From contig CAYGTV010000001.1 of assembly GCA_964353135.1 (NCBI GenBank), positions 309,497-373,496 on the forward strand: a stretch of 64,000 bases of DNA. Direction: 5' to 3'. The first letter of the stretch is position 1; each line of letters starts with the position of its first letter. The position numbers and the translations under genes were made by a program. This document shows positions 1-9,128 of the stretch, one piece after another. The stretch comes from an uncultured Candidatus Saccharibacteria bacterium. Its GTDB lineage: Bacteria > Patescibacteriota > Minisyncoccia > Phycocordibacterales > UBA918. Under the pieces are notes generated by a model. The model had not been told where the DNA came from, searched no databases, and saw nothing but the letters and a program-made list of their open reading frames with translations.

Positions 1-2760
1 CGTAGCCATACTTATGTCATATGGACTGCCAGGACTACTCTCAGTGGCACTAAACGGACTGGTTGCAAACCCAAGACTTGACGTCGCTACCCACTGCACA
101 CCTGAACCAGTGGTTTGCATCACCATCCCTGCTGTACCACGTGACGCAGTGTTGTCGTAGATACCACCGGTGAGCGCAAGGTCACCAGCGACTGATAGTC
201 GAGCGTATGGTGAGGTGGTGCCGATGCCGACGTTGCCAAGACCTCCATCTAAACGCATAAGTTCTGCTCCGGCTACATCAAAAGTAATATCATCTTCGGT
301 TTTTATTTCAACATCTACGTTTGAACCAGTGGCTAGATTTTCAATCAGTAGCGTACGATTATTTAAAAAGCCTAAATTAGCATACTGCCCATTAGTGCTT
401 GTTCGCCATCTGATTGCACCCCCATGGGTGTCAGATGTGCCAGCATTATCAGAATCAGATAAGAATATATTTGGGGCAATATCACTTAAGTCGAGCAAGC
501 TGTTTGGAGAGTCTGTACCAATCCCAAACTCTCCAGTTTCGTTAAACCGAGCAACCTCTGTACCTGATGCCGAGAATGCAAGATTGCCGCCAGTTGGTGC
601 ATACATACCAGTATTGTTGTATCCTAAGCCACTCCCCGTCTCATAAAAAGAATAGGTCGGGACAGATTCGCTGCCAGCAGTGTTGTCACGACGGATTGCA
701 AATGCACCATTACTAATCCGGTTCGCAAAATACGTGCTATTAAAATATGTCCACATTCCACCAGCGGTAACTCCGATATCATCCGCTCCTTCCAGCCAGA
801 ATCCTGCATCTCGGTCACTAGCGAACGTGATTCCTGGAGCATCAAATGTACCATCACTCATAACAACTTGTTGAGCGGCGTTATCTACTAAGAGGGTTGC
901 AACACTACTCGTTCCCACTCTAAAGTTACCCCAAACGTCGAGTTTTGCTGATGGTGAAGTGGTGCCGATACCGACGTTGCCACTTGAAAGTGTGGTGCCG
1001 GTGCCGTCAATCCCTGTTCCAAAGATTAGGTTTCCGAGGTTAAGTTGGTTTGAACCAGTGTTTGATGGAGCTTCGATGTCATACCCGATGATGAGGTTGT
1101 TTGCACCGGTGGTAAGACTGTCCGCTGCTCGATATCCTATCAAAATGTTGTTAGTTCCAGTAGTTATGGTGTTTGCAGCTTGATAGCCTAATGCCACTGA
1201 CCTACTTCCACCAGTCGCGCCCACCTGACCGTTTAAAGCATTTGATCCAAGTGCTACGCTGTAGTTTGCTTGTTCAAGATTTAGCCCAGCATAATACCCA
1301 AGGAACGTGTTCGCATCTCCTGTGACGTTTTCTAATCCAGCTCTGAACCCTACATAAGTGTTGAAGCCACCGCTGATATTTGAACCTCCGGCATTATCAC
1401 CTATGAATACTTGTCTTCCACCAGTAGTATTGGCTGAACCTGCTGCTTCTCCTATCATTACAGACCTGTCACCACTTGTATTAGAGAGTCCAGCCAGGTT
1501 TCCAATGAAAATACTGTCATATCCACCCGTGGTACCAACCCCATTTGTGTAACCAGCTCTATAACCGATATAAATACCTGATTCATCAGAGAGTGCTCCG
1601 GCTTGGTTTCCAATTGCAACTGCATTATTTGAAAAAGTACCACTAGCATTTGCAAATGCTTGATATCCTAGTGCTACGACGTTGTCTACGGAAGGCCCAG
1701 CTAAATTGAGAGCTTGATATCCAATTGCAACGTTATTATTACTTGTGTTGGTCAGGTTTAATCCAGCTCCTTCACCTATAGCAATACTGTCATTGGTTGT
1801 CGAAGCATAAAACATTCGCACCCCCTGGAGTGCTAGTCCTGTGTTAGACCCAGCTAGATTCAAATCAGTCCCATCAAACGTCAAATCAGCACTGTCAGTC
1901 ACTGCATCACCCGTTCCATTGGTGAAAAACAGTCGGTTGGCGTTAAATGACCCGGGAGTATCGGTGAGAGAGAGGAAGTCAGTGGCACCAGTGTCGATAA
2001 ACCCAAGCGAACTTGTCGCCACGTTCACCCACTCCCCACCCACAAACGAAAACAAATCACCTTCGTTTGGACTCGTGAGGTTTGTGTCAGTCAGTCCAGC
2101 CAGGGTGAGGTTCAAAGATGATGATGATACTGACAGTGCATTGCCGGTGATGGTGAGTCCGACGCCGGTCAGGCTCGAGATAAAGTCAGAGCCAACCACT
2201 AGGTTAGTGGTGGTAGCAGTGCCGGTGACGATCAGGTCAGAGGTCTGTGCGCCGGCGGTGAGGGTGAGAAAGGCGTCCATTGAGTCTGGGACGTCAGAGC
2301 GTAGGAATGAGGTTGAAGCCACTCCACCGAGGGTTTGAGCGTTGTTGGCTTCTTCGGCTTGGAAGGCTGCTGGGACGGTGCCTAGTGGTTTTCTAGGGAG
2401 CATTTCCCCATCCCAGGTTGGTGTACCAGTGCCACCGATCTCGACCCCAAGATATAGGGGTTGATTGAAATCAACGCTGGTCAGGGGTGAGGTTGATCCG
2501 AGCATCACTGAGAAAAGACCGTTTACCACTGATACTTGGTTAGCTCCGGTGAGGGACTCAGTCCAGATGGCGCTCGTGGTTGCTTGAGCAGTGTTCTGGA
2601 ATAACCAGAAGCGAACGTTATAGTCACCATCGACGACTGCTGCTCCGGTGTTGTCTGAGAGTTTTCCTTGGTAGTTGACGGTGGGGGTTGGTTGGGCGTG
2701 GGTGGTAGCTGCGAACGAAAATAGTATGAAAACAAAGGCTAGAATAAGAATGAGAGACAT
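1..2760 (-). CDS. Secreted repeat protein, 5'-complete and running off the left edge (C-terminus missing). It has an N-terminal signal peptide, dozens of '(I/L)G(Y/N)xAG/AL' tail-fibre/YadA-head-like repeats and three 'G(N)VGIGTTSP..(K/R)L.V' motifs.
   Basis: Manual reverse-complement translation from the ATG at 2760..2758 gives MSLILILAFVFILFSFAATTHA|QPTPTVNYQGK... with no stop down to position 1. It is absent from the ORF track only because there is no in-window stop. Opposite-strand ORFs 170..646 and 1841..2338 are antisense artefacts. Confidence 0.6.
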   Translation of the reverse strand, partial: MSLILILAFVFILFSFAATTHAQPTPTVNYQGKLSDNTGAAVVDGDYNVRFWLFQNTAQATTSAIWTESLTGANQVSVVNGLFSVMLGSTSPLTSVDFNQPLYLGVEIGGTGTPTWDGEMLPRKPLGTVPAAFQAEEANNAQTLGGVASTSFLRSDVPDSMDAFLTLTAGAQTSDLIVTGTATTTNLVVGSDFISSLTGVGLTITGNALSVSSSSLNLTLAGLTDTNLTSPNEGDLFSFVGGEWVNVATSSLGFIDTGATDFLSLTDTPGSFNANRLFFTNGTGDAVTDSADLTFDGTDLNLAGSNTGLALQGVRMFYASTTNDSIAIGEGAGLNLTNTSNNNVAIGYQALNLAGPSVDNVVALGYQAFANASGTFSNNAVAIGNQAGALSDESGIYIGYRAGYTNGVGTTGGYDSIFIGNLAGLSNTSGDRSVMIGEAAGSANTTGGRQVFIGDNAGGSNISGGFNTYVGFRAGLENVTGDANTFLGYYAGLNLEQANYSVALGSNALNGQVGATGGSRSVALGYQAANTITTGTNNILIGYRAADSLTTGANNLIIGYDIEAPSNTGSNQLNLGNLIFGTGIDGTGTTLSSGNVGIGTTSPSAKLDVWGNFRVGTSSVATLLVDNAAQQVVMSDGTFDAPGITFASDRDAGFWLEGADDIGVTAGGMWTYFNSTYFANRISNGAFAIRRDNTAGSESVPTYSFYETGSGLGYNNTGMYAPTGGNLAFSASGTEVARFNETGEFGIGTDSPNSLLDLSDIAPNIFLSDSDNAGTSDTHGGAIRWRTSTNGQYANLGFLNNRTLLIENLATGSNVDVEIKTEDDITFDVAGAELMRLDGGLGNVGIGTTSPYARLSVAGDLALTGGIYDNTASRGTAGMVMQTTGSGVQWVATSSLGFATSPFSATESSPGSPYDISMAT

Positions 2761-2889
2761 CAAATATACCCTGCCAGGGTTCATCAAAAAAAACAGCAAA
2801 TTATCGAAAGTTTGCTTAAACAATGGTACGTTTATTACCTCGTATTTCGTCTCTTCCACAACCGCGAGAATGTCTCTTGGTGTAATTGT

Positions 2890-2920
2890 ATTATACAGGT
2901 TTTATAAGGCTATTTTTCAA
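2890..2920 (-). promoter_or_regulatory. Candidate sigma70-like promoter for the 1..2760 gene: TTGAAA, 19-nt spacer, TATAAT (read on the minus strand).
   Basis: The reverse complement of 2890-2920 reads TTGAAAaatagccttataaaacctgTATAAT, about 125 nt upstream of the ATG at 2760. The spacer is long, so the call is weak. Confidence 0.3.
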
Positions 2921-2960
2921 TAGTTATGCCCGTTTTTTTGTTGAAAAGCTACTGAGATCA

Positions 2961-5456
2961 CTAAATCCTCGTGCCTCCCCGCAACCGCACTCCACCGTTG
3001 AGACGATACGTTGGGAATGGTGGCTCAAATGAAATATTGGTGTTATTACCACCATCGACACAGTCAAACTCATAACAATTGATTGCCAGGGTATTGACGT
3101 TATTACCATCAGATACAGATATAAAATCAATCGTGCGGCTACCCTGGGGGTCAATCAACCACTGACTACTGCCAGTAGACGACTCGAGCGTGAGTCGGTT
3201 GCCGGCGTCGAGGCCAGTCAGGGTCAAGTTACCGCCGACCGTCTGTGTGTCGCCCGCTGCAAACGTGAGAGTCGAGGCAGCTGACGCTGTTTTTGCTAGG
3301 TTATAAAACGTATTGTCACCAGTGATAGTGTTGGCAGTACCAGAAAACGTAGTAGTCCCAGCGGTCTGATTAAAAACGGCACCAGTATTAGTAAAGTTTC
3401 GGGCTACAGCAATGTCAGCTGTCAGGTTATAGGTACCAGCACTAAAGGCGAGGTTGCTGTAGTTGTATGCACCGATAGTGGTATAGGAGCTAGGTCCGTA
3501 GTATTCAACGGTGGAGCCGACTTCGAGGGTTGGAGTGGTCAGAGTCTGTTCAGGATACACCGCCAACACACCGCCATCTTGCACGGTCACAAAGAACCCA
3601 ACTAACGGATTGCCGTCAGTCCGGAGGGTGCCAAATATTCTGATTTGTCCCAGGTTTCCAGTGGTGTCAGCGGTGAAAATAGTGGCGCCTGCTGCTAGGT
3701 TAAATCGACCATTGGCCCCGCTTTTATCTATATCGACGATGCCTGGAAACACTCCGCTGTAGGTAAAGGTTGTCAGATCATCAAAGGCACCACCATCAAA
3801 CACAAAGGTAATCCCGGTCTCGTCGAACGTTCCGCCGTTGTCGGTGTAGTTACCACCGGCAAATATCGTGGTGCCGTCAAAGTAAAACTCACCACCAGAG
3901 TTAAGTGTGAAGTCGCGACTTAAATCAATAGTGGTGCTCGCGTAGAGAGCGCCAGAAATGGTGAGTGCAAGAGCATCAAGGACGTTGTTGCCGACGTGCA
4001 TGGTGGTGCCAGCGTTGATGACCACAGAACCTTGATTGGTAGACATGTCAGCCATGGTACTAATGGTGCCAGCAGCTAGTGTAAACCGGCCGTTGGTTCC
4101 ACTTTTGTCGATATCAACTATACCTGGAAACACACCGTTGGTGTAGGTAAACGTTGTAAAGTCATCAAACGTACTACCATCAAATACAAAGGTAATCCCG
4201 GTTTCATCAAATGTCGCACCGGTATCGGTGTAGTTAGCACCAGTAAAGATGGTATTGCCGTCATAATAGACCTCTCCGGTTGGGTTCAAAGTAAGGTTAC
4301 GTCGTACGTCGATAGTTGAGCTGGCGTAGAGGGTGCCAGAAACATTAAAATCAAGCGCGTTAAGTGCATTATCAGCGACGTGCATGGTGGCACCAGCGTT
4401 GATGGTAATTGGACCTTGACTGGTCGACAGATCAACTATGCTAATGGTACCAGCGGCTAAGGTAAATGAAGAATTCACGTCAGTTTTCTCAATATCAACC
4501 GACCCCGGAAACACACCCGTAAAGGTAAAAATGGTGTCAGCGTCTGAATCAGCACCATCAAACACAAAGGTAATCCCGGTCTCGTCGAACGTTCCGCCGT
4601 TGTCGGTGTAGTTACCACCGGCAAATATCGTGGTGCCGTCAAAGTAAAACTCACCACCAGAGTTAAGGATGAAGCTGCGCCGTAAATCAATAGTGGTGCT
4701 CGCGTAGAGAGCGCCAGAAATAGTAAGATCAAGCCCATCAAGGACGTTATTGGCGACGTGCATGGTGGTGCCCGAGTTGATAGTTATACGACCCTGATTG
4801 GTGGAGAGGTCAGTTACGTTGTTTAGTATAGCAGTACCAGCCAACGTGAAGAGAGCATTGGCGTTTAATTTTGTGATACCCACCGTGCCGGGGAAGGCAC
4901 CGGTGTAGGTAAACGTTGTATCGTCAATCGCATCACCAAAAAATTCCCATACGCGAGTAGATGAACTAGTCAGACTAGCACTAGCCCCGATGTTGAAATT
5001 GCGCTCTATCCGGTTGTTTGACCCGGCAGCAGCAGTAAAAGAGCCGGCTGTCATCACAAAGGACGCGTCATTAATTTGAAAATTGGTGGTACCTTGAGAA
5101 TACGTCCCATCACCTTGGACAAACCCGGCAGTTCCAATTGTGATATCGCGCTGCTGAGTAATAGTGCCGGTGTAGCCAGAATCAATCTGGATCCCTTGCA
5201 CACTGCCGGCAAACAGTGAGTCGATAAAAGCATCATCGGTGGTGGCACTCGTAAACCGCGCAACATCCCCCGCTCCCGGGCAGATGTCAGACGACCAGTT
5301 GGTGCAGGTGCTCCAGAGGTTATCTGCCCCGCCATTGTCCCAGGTATAGACAGCGGCAGACGTCATTTGAGCGTAGATAATACCGAACAGCACAAAAGCT
5401 AACGCTAAAGAAACCAACCAACGTTTTCTGTTCGACTGTGATTGCAAAATACTCAT
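2961..5456 (-). CDS. Secreted 831-aa repeat protein. The N-terminus carries an autotransporter-passenger/PATR-like motif (YTWDNGGADNLWSTCTNWS), followed by four tandem ~125-aa repeats (TFTYTG.FPG...ITINSGTTMHVANNVLD...LYASTTIDLRR...GNYTDNGGTFDETGITFVFDG).
   Basis: Long ORF with a signal peptide (MSILQSQSNRKRWLVSLALAFVLFGIIYAQMTSAA). The internal protein repeats are evident in the translation. Confidence 0.8.
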   Translation of the reverse strand: MSILQSQSNRKRWLVSLALAFVLFGIIYAQMTSAAVYTWDNGGADNLWSTCTNWSSDICPGAGDVARFTSATTDDAFIDSLFAGSVQGIQIDSGYTGTITQQRDITIGTAGFVQGDGTYSQGTTNFQINDASFVMTAGSFTAAAGSNNRIERNFNIGASASLTSSSTRVWEFFGDAIDDTTFTYTGAFPGTVGITKLNANALFTLAGTAILNNVTDLSTNQGRITINSGTTMHVANNVLDGLDLTISGALYASTTIDLRRSFILNSGGEFYFDGTTIFAGGNYTDNGGTFDETGITFVFDGADSDADTIFTFTGVFPGSVDIEKTDVNSSFTLAAGTISIVDLSTSQGPITINAGATMHVADNALNALDFNVSGTLYASSTIDVRRNLTLNPTGEVYYDGNTIFTGANYTDTGATFDETGITFVFDGSTFDDFTTFTYTNGVFPGIVDIDKSGTNGRFTLAAGTISTMADMSTNQGSVVINAGTTMHVGNNVLDALALTISGALYASTTIDLSRDFTLNSGGEFYFDGTTIFAGGNYTDNGGTFDETGITFVFDGGAFDDLTTFTYSGVFPGIVDIDKSGANGRFNLAAGATIFTADTTGNLGQIRIFGTLRTDGNPLVGFFVTVQDGGVLAVYPEQTLTTPTLEVGSTVEYYGPSSYTTIGAYNYSNLAFSAGTYNLTADIAVARNFTNTGAVFNQTAGTTTFSGTANTITGDNTFYNLAKTASAASTLTFAAGDTQTVGGNLTLTGLDAGNRLTLESSTGSSQWLIDPQGSRTIDFISVSDGNNVNTLAINCYEFDCVDGGNNTNISFEPPFPTYRLNGGVRLRGGTRI
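3700..5000 (-). repeat. Intragenic tandem DNA repeats of about 380 bp, with alternate copies near-identical (about 760-bp periodicity).
   Basis: The 100-nt stretch ggtaatcccggtctcgtcgaacgttccgccgttgtcggtgtagttaccaccggcaaatatcgtggtgccgtcaaagtaaaactcaccaccagagttaag occurs identically at about 3810-3910 and 4570-4670. Diverged copies lie at about 4190-4300 and 4900-5000. Confidence 0.7.
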
Positions 5457-5491
5457 AACCGCAAGAAATTGATACCAATTTGTGCTCGCAT

Positions 5492-5500
5492 ATTATAGCA
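5492..5500 (-). promoter_or_regulatory. Candidate extended -10 element (TGcTATAAT on the minus strand) upstream of the 2961..5456 gene.
   Basis: The reverse complement of 5492-5500 is TGCTATAAT, about 35 nt upstream of the ATG at 5456. The -35 is weak (..AAAAAG..). Confidence 0.3.
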
Positions 5501-5528
5501 ATTTAAATTACCTACTTTTTTGCTGTAC

Positions 5529-6737
5529 CTAACTCAGCAAGATTTCTTCTCGTAAACGTTTGGTAAAATTCACGATGTAATACAGGTTATGTAGTGATGC
5601 TAGATGAGGACCAAGCATTTCTCCGGCGCGGAATAAGTGTGCTAGGTAGGCTTTAGTATAATTTTGACACACATAACAATCACATGACTCATCTGGTTTG
5701 CTGAAATCACGAGTGTACTTGGCGTTTTTGAGGTTGATGCGTTGGTGGCCGCTCTGGGTGCGCTCGTAGATCGTTCCAGTTCGGGCAATTCGGGTCGGCG
5801 CGACACAATCAAATGTGTCACAACCATGAGCGACGCCAGCCACGATGTCAGCCGGCTCACCGATCCCCAGCAAGTGTCGTGGTTTATCTTCCGGGAGGAT
5901 TTCGTTTACTACGCGCAGACTATCGCCCAAGTCTTCTTTAGTGAAACTACCACCAATTCCAAACCCGTCAAAATCCATATTTGACAGCGTGCGGGCACTT
6001 TCCTGTCGTAGGTCGAGGTGACGACCACCTTGCACCACACCATAAATTCCCTGTTTTTTTAACGCTTCGTAGTTTTGTTTATGCGCTAGAATACTTCGTT
6101 TGGCCCACCGGTGGGTGCGCTCCATCGCTTCGCGCTGGTAGGCTTTATCTGCGGTTGGGCTCGTGCACTCATCAAACGCGATGATGATGTCGGCTCCAAT
6201 GTTTTGCTGAATCTCAATAGATCGCTCGGCTGTAAAGCGGTGCATGCTGCCGTCAATATGAGACGTAAAGGTAACACCCTCCTCGTCGATCACACAAAGT
6301 TTGCCGTGCTCACTGGCTAGTTCTTTACTATAGACATTGAGACCGCTATTCTCTGCAGCCTTTTCCGCCTCTTCAGCATTTTGAGCAAATTTGGTCACCC
6401 CTTTTCCAAACGCAGCACCTAGTGAGAACACTTGAAACCCGCCACTGTCAGTGATTGTTGGCATGTCCCAGTTAGAGAACTTATGTAGTCCACCAGCTTC
6501 TTTTACTACGTCGTCTCCTGGTTGTAGAAACAGGTGATAGGTATTTGCTAGCGCTACTTGGTTCCCGACGTAGTCTCGCATGTCTTCTGGTTTGATACTC
6601 TTTACTGTGCCTTTAGTGCCCACCACTACAAACGCTGGTGTTTCAATATCACCATGCGGGGTATGTATAACACCAGCCCGACCTAGTGTGCCGGGCTGTC
6701 GTTTAACAATAGAGAATGTTACGGGCTTGTCTGACAT
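5529..6737 (-). CDS. tgt: Queuine tRNA-ribosyltransferase (tRNA-guanine transglycosylase).
   Basis: The translation has family-typical segments (TPAFVVVGTKGTVKS, ANTYHL, DSGGFQVFSL) and the C-terminal zinc site CDCYVCQNY...AHLF (CxCxxC...H). Confidence 0.9.
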   Translation of the reverse strand: MSDKPVTFSIVKRQPGTLGRAGVIHTPHGDIETPAFVVVGTKGTVKSIKPEDMRDYVGNQVALANTYHLFLQPGDDVVKEAGGLHKFSNWDMPTITDSGGFQVFSLGAAFGKGVTKFAQNAEEAEKAAENSGLNVYSKELASEHGKLCVIDEEGVTFTSHIDGSMHRFTAERSIEIQQNIGADIIIAFDECTSPTADKAYQREAMERTHRWAKRSILAHKQNYEALKKQGIYGVVQGGRHLDLRQESARTLSNMDFDGFGIGGSFTKEDLGDSLRVVNEILPEDKPRHLLGIGEPADIVAGVAHGCDTFDCVAPTRIARTGTIYERTQSGHQRINLKNAKYTRDFSKPDESCDCYVCQNYTKAYLAHLFRAGEMLGPHLASLHNLYYIVNFTKRLREEILLS

Positions 6738-6739
6738 TA

Positions 6740-7279
6740 CTAGTTGATTGCAACGAGTTCTATCGAGAAGATGAGTGTAGCACCGCCTGGAATCGGGCCG
6801 ATACCCTGATCACCATACGCCATCTCTGGTGGAATAACTAAAATTCGCTCTCCACCAACCTTCATACCAACCAGGCCTTCTTCCCAACCTTTAATAACTT
6901 GGCCGCCACCAACTTTAAATTCAAACGGCTCACCTCGCTTTTTAGAGTTATCAAATTCTGTACCGTCCTGCAGCCGACCAGCGTAATGAACACTTACTAC
7001 GTCGCCGTCTTGCACTGCAGCTCCTTCCCCTACTTTAATATCATCAATTACCATACGATTTAAATTACCTCGATTATCAGTCGCTTCTAGCAAAGCTGAT
7101 GTTTGAGCAGATCGCTCATCGCCTGCATCGGACACCACTACCGCACCAGACTCTATAACTGTTGCCGGCTGACCATCTGTTGCCGCATCAAAAGTTGTTT
7201 GAGCTTGTACAAGATAAATCGCACTTGCCATAAGCGCAACACATACCCCAGCTCCAATTAGTTCGAATTTACTAAACAT
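6740..7279 (-). CDS. FKBP-type peptidyl-prolyl cis-trans isomerase (secreted or membrane-anchored).
   Basis: N-terminal hydrophobic segment plus the canonical FKBP core: [80 protein letters not shown]. Confidence 0.85.
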   Translation of the reverse strand: MFSKFELIGAGVCVALMASAIYLVQAQTTFDAATDGQPATVIESGAVVVSDAGDERSAQTSALLEATDNRGNLNRMVIDDIKVGEGAAVQDGDVVSVHYAGRLQDGTEFDNSKKRGEPFEFKVGGGQVIKGWEEGLVGMKVGGERILVIPPEMAYGDQGIGPIPGGATLIFSIELVAIN

Positions 7280-7330
7280 AGATTAAAATTATCTGTTCAT
7301 GATAGTCATAAATGGTCGATGATGCAAGGT

Positions 7331-7741
7331 TTACTGGTACACGCTTGGATGAAAGATCCCTACACTGTTCATATGCATAAACAACAAAATTCCGATCAGT
7401 GCAAACACGAGTGAGAACAACCAGATGATTACAATCGTTGCTAACCCAATCCTTTGTTTCTCTGCTGACTCAGGAATAAACTGGTTAAGGTCGACATCAA
7501 TCCCTAGCAACTGTGAAATTTCTTTTGGTTGTAGCGAATCGTTGGTGCGAAAGACTTTATGGAGACCCTCAACTCGAATCTGTTTAGTTTCAGCATCTTC
7601 TCGCAGAATCATGAGCGCTGTATCAATCTCGTCTTTATCATACCTAGCACTTAGCAAAACAGAACGGATCATCTCATCAGGCTCAGCCGGTGACATGCCG
7701 TTTATTTTAAGGATTTTTTCGATGTGGTTACGATCTATCAT
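7331..7741 (-). CDS. Hypothetical small protein with a C-terminal TM helix.
   Basis: 136-aa ORF with a TM segment (LATIVIIWLFSLVFALIGILLF). It overlaps the stop of the upstream transporter gene by 14 nt; an alternative start at the internal Met (7696) is possible. Confidence 0.5.
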   Translation of the reverse strand: MIDRNHIEKILKINGMSPAEPDEMIRSVLLSARYDKDEIDTALMILREDAETKQIRVEGLHKVFRTNDSLQPKEISQLLGIDVDLNQFIPESAEKQRIGLATIVIIWLFSLVFALIGILLFMHMNSVGIFHPSVYQ

Positions 7742-8822
7742 TTGAATCTTCCATATCAGAAATTCTTTGTTCCTGAACTATGTAATGATTATATATCTCG
7801 AGTAACACCAAAAATAGAGTTACTACCACCGGCCCAATCAAAAAGCCGATTGGGCCAAACAATGCTAGTCCACCAAGTACTGAAATCAAGATTATGAATG
7901 GGTGCATATTATTACCCCTGCTCATAAGTTGCGGTCCGATGAAATTATCAACGAGACCGACAGCTAATACGGACCAGATTAGCAGACCTATCGCGGGAAT
8001 AACATTGCCGGTTAAAAAGAGTACAATGACCACCGGAAACATAACTACTCCAGTTCCAAGACCAGGGATCATGGCAGCTATTGCCACAATTCCCCCGATC
8101 AGAACAGCTCGGTCAACTCCTGCGACCGTCATACCAATTGTTGCGAGAACTGCTTGGATTATTGCCACCAGAAGCGTACCTGTAGCAACCGCACGCACCG
8201 CTCTAGCTAGGCGATCGAGGATTTCCTGATCTTCTTCGTCTGGTAGCGGACTAGCCTTAACTACGAGCTTTATCAGCTCTTTACCATCGCGGAAAAAGTA
8301 AAACGAAGCAATTAAAGCAATAAAAAATAGAAAAAACGTTGTAACCGTGCCCGTAAATATCGAGGCAAGATTCCCGGTGAACCATTCAGCACTCAGCTTG
8401 ATCTGATCCTCAACATTAATCTCAAAGCCAGGCACTACACGTTGCACTTGTGACTCAATGCTGTTTGTTACTGTGGTTATTGACAGACCTTCGGGTGAAT
8501 CCATATCCTGATAGAAATCGACAATTTCATTTACAACCAGAGTAGTCATCAAGACAATTGGTAAAATCCCGACCACAAACACAATCGCGGTCGAAAAGAA
8601 CGCCGCCAGAGATGGACTCTGCCTGGGCATGTACGGCACAATTGCTTTATATAGCGGACTAGAGATAGTCACTATCACAGCAGCTAGTGCCAAAGCACTC
8701 AAAAATGGCGACATAATCTGCCACACCATGTAACCTGATAATAAAAGCAGTCCAAAAAAGAAAACGTACTCAACTACTCGACTTAATGACATATAGTAAT
8801 AGTATACACAAAGGCCGCGCAA
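7728..8822 (-). CDS. AI-2E family transporter (UPF0118/PerM-like permease).
   Basis: Multi-TM protein with the family-typical C-terminal region (LIGGIVAIAAMIPGLGTGVVMFPVVIVLFLTG...GLVDNFIGPQLMSRGNNMHPFIILISVLGGLALFGPIGFLIGPVV). The true start may be one of the downstream Mets. Confidence 0.8.
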   Translation of the reverse strand: MRGLCVYYYYMSLSRVVEYVFFFGLLLLSGYMVWQIMSPFLSALALAAVIVTISSPLYKAIVPYMPRQSPSLAAFFSTAIVFVVGILPIVLMTTLVVNEIVDFYQDMDSPEGLSITTVTNSIESQVQRVVPGFEINVEDQIKLSAEWFTGNLASIFTGTVTTFFLFFIALIASFYFFRDGKELIKLVVKASPLPDEEDQEILDRLARAVRAVATGTLLVAIIQAVLATIGMTVAGVDRAVLIGGIVAIAAMIPGLGTGVVMFPVVIVLFLTGNVIPAIGLLIWSVLAVGLVDNFIGPQLMSRGNNMHPFIILISVLGGLALFGPIGFLIGPVVVTLFLVLLEIYNHYIVQEQRISDMEDSNDRS

Positions 8823-8842
8823 ATGCGTGGCCTAGTTTCGGA

Positions 8843-9007
8843 TTAGATGTTTTGCAATTGGATTTGGGATGTGATGGCGGCTGCTTCGATCGTTTTAAAC
8901 GATTGTGCTGCGGCGCTATCTAGTGCTTGAAATGAACTCGTAAAGAATTGCGACAAGCCCCAAAGAACAATTAAAAAACCAATACCTGATCTGATTCCTT
9001 TACGCAT
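8843..9007 (-). CDS. Possible small membrane protein (54 aa) missed by the >=60-aa ORF track.
   Basis: Manual translation from the ATG at 9007..9005: MRKGIRSGIGFLIVLWGLSQFFTSSFQALDSAAAQSFKTIEAAAITSQIQLQNI*, with one predicted TM. It sits in an otherwise empty 300-bp intergenic gap. Confidence 0.3.
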   Translation of the reverse strand: MRKGIRSGIGFLIVLWGLSQFFTSSFQALDSAAAQSFKTIEAAAITSQIQLQNI

Positions 9008-9035
9008 AAATTATTACGTTAATGTCCCGGCTGCT

Positions 9036-9097
9036 TTTCTTATAAAGAAAAGCCATAAAAAAGCACGGAACGTAGGAATCAGACGAATGTTCGTCTG
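9036..9097 (-). promoter_or_regulatory. Two hairpins in the intergenic region downstream of the thioredoxin-like gene.
   Basis: Hairpin 9080-9097: cagacgaa-tg-ttcgtctg. Hairpin 9036-9054: cttttct-tataa-agaaaag. On the minus transcript a U-rich stretch (gugcuuuuuuaug) lies between them. This could be a weak terminator or attenuator before the small ORF. Confidence 0.25.
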
Positions 9098-9128
9098 TAT
9101 ATACAGTAACACAAATTTATTAAACTGT

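Noticed and set aside
2961-5456. Classifying the PATR-like repeat protein as an autotransporter.
   Set aside because: No C-terminal beta-barrel translocator domain is evident; the C-terminus is NCYEFDCVDGG...RLRGGTRI. Only the passenger-like N-terminal motif and beta-helix-like repeats are present.
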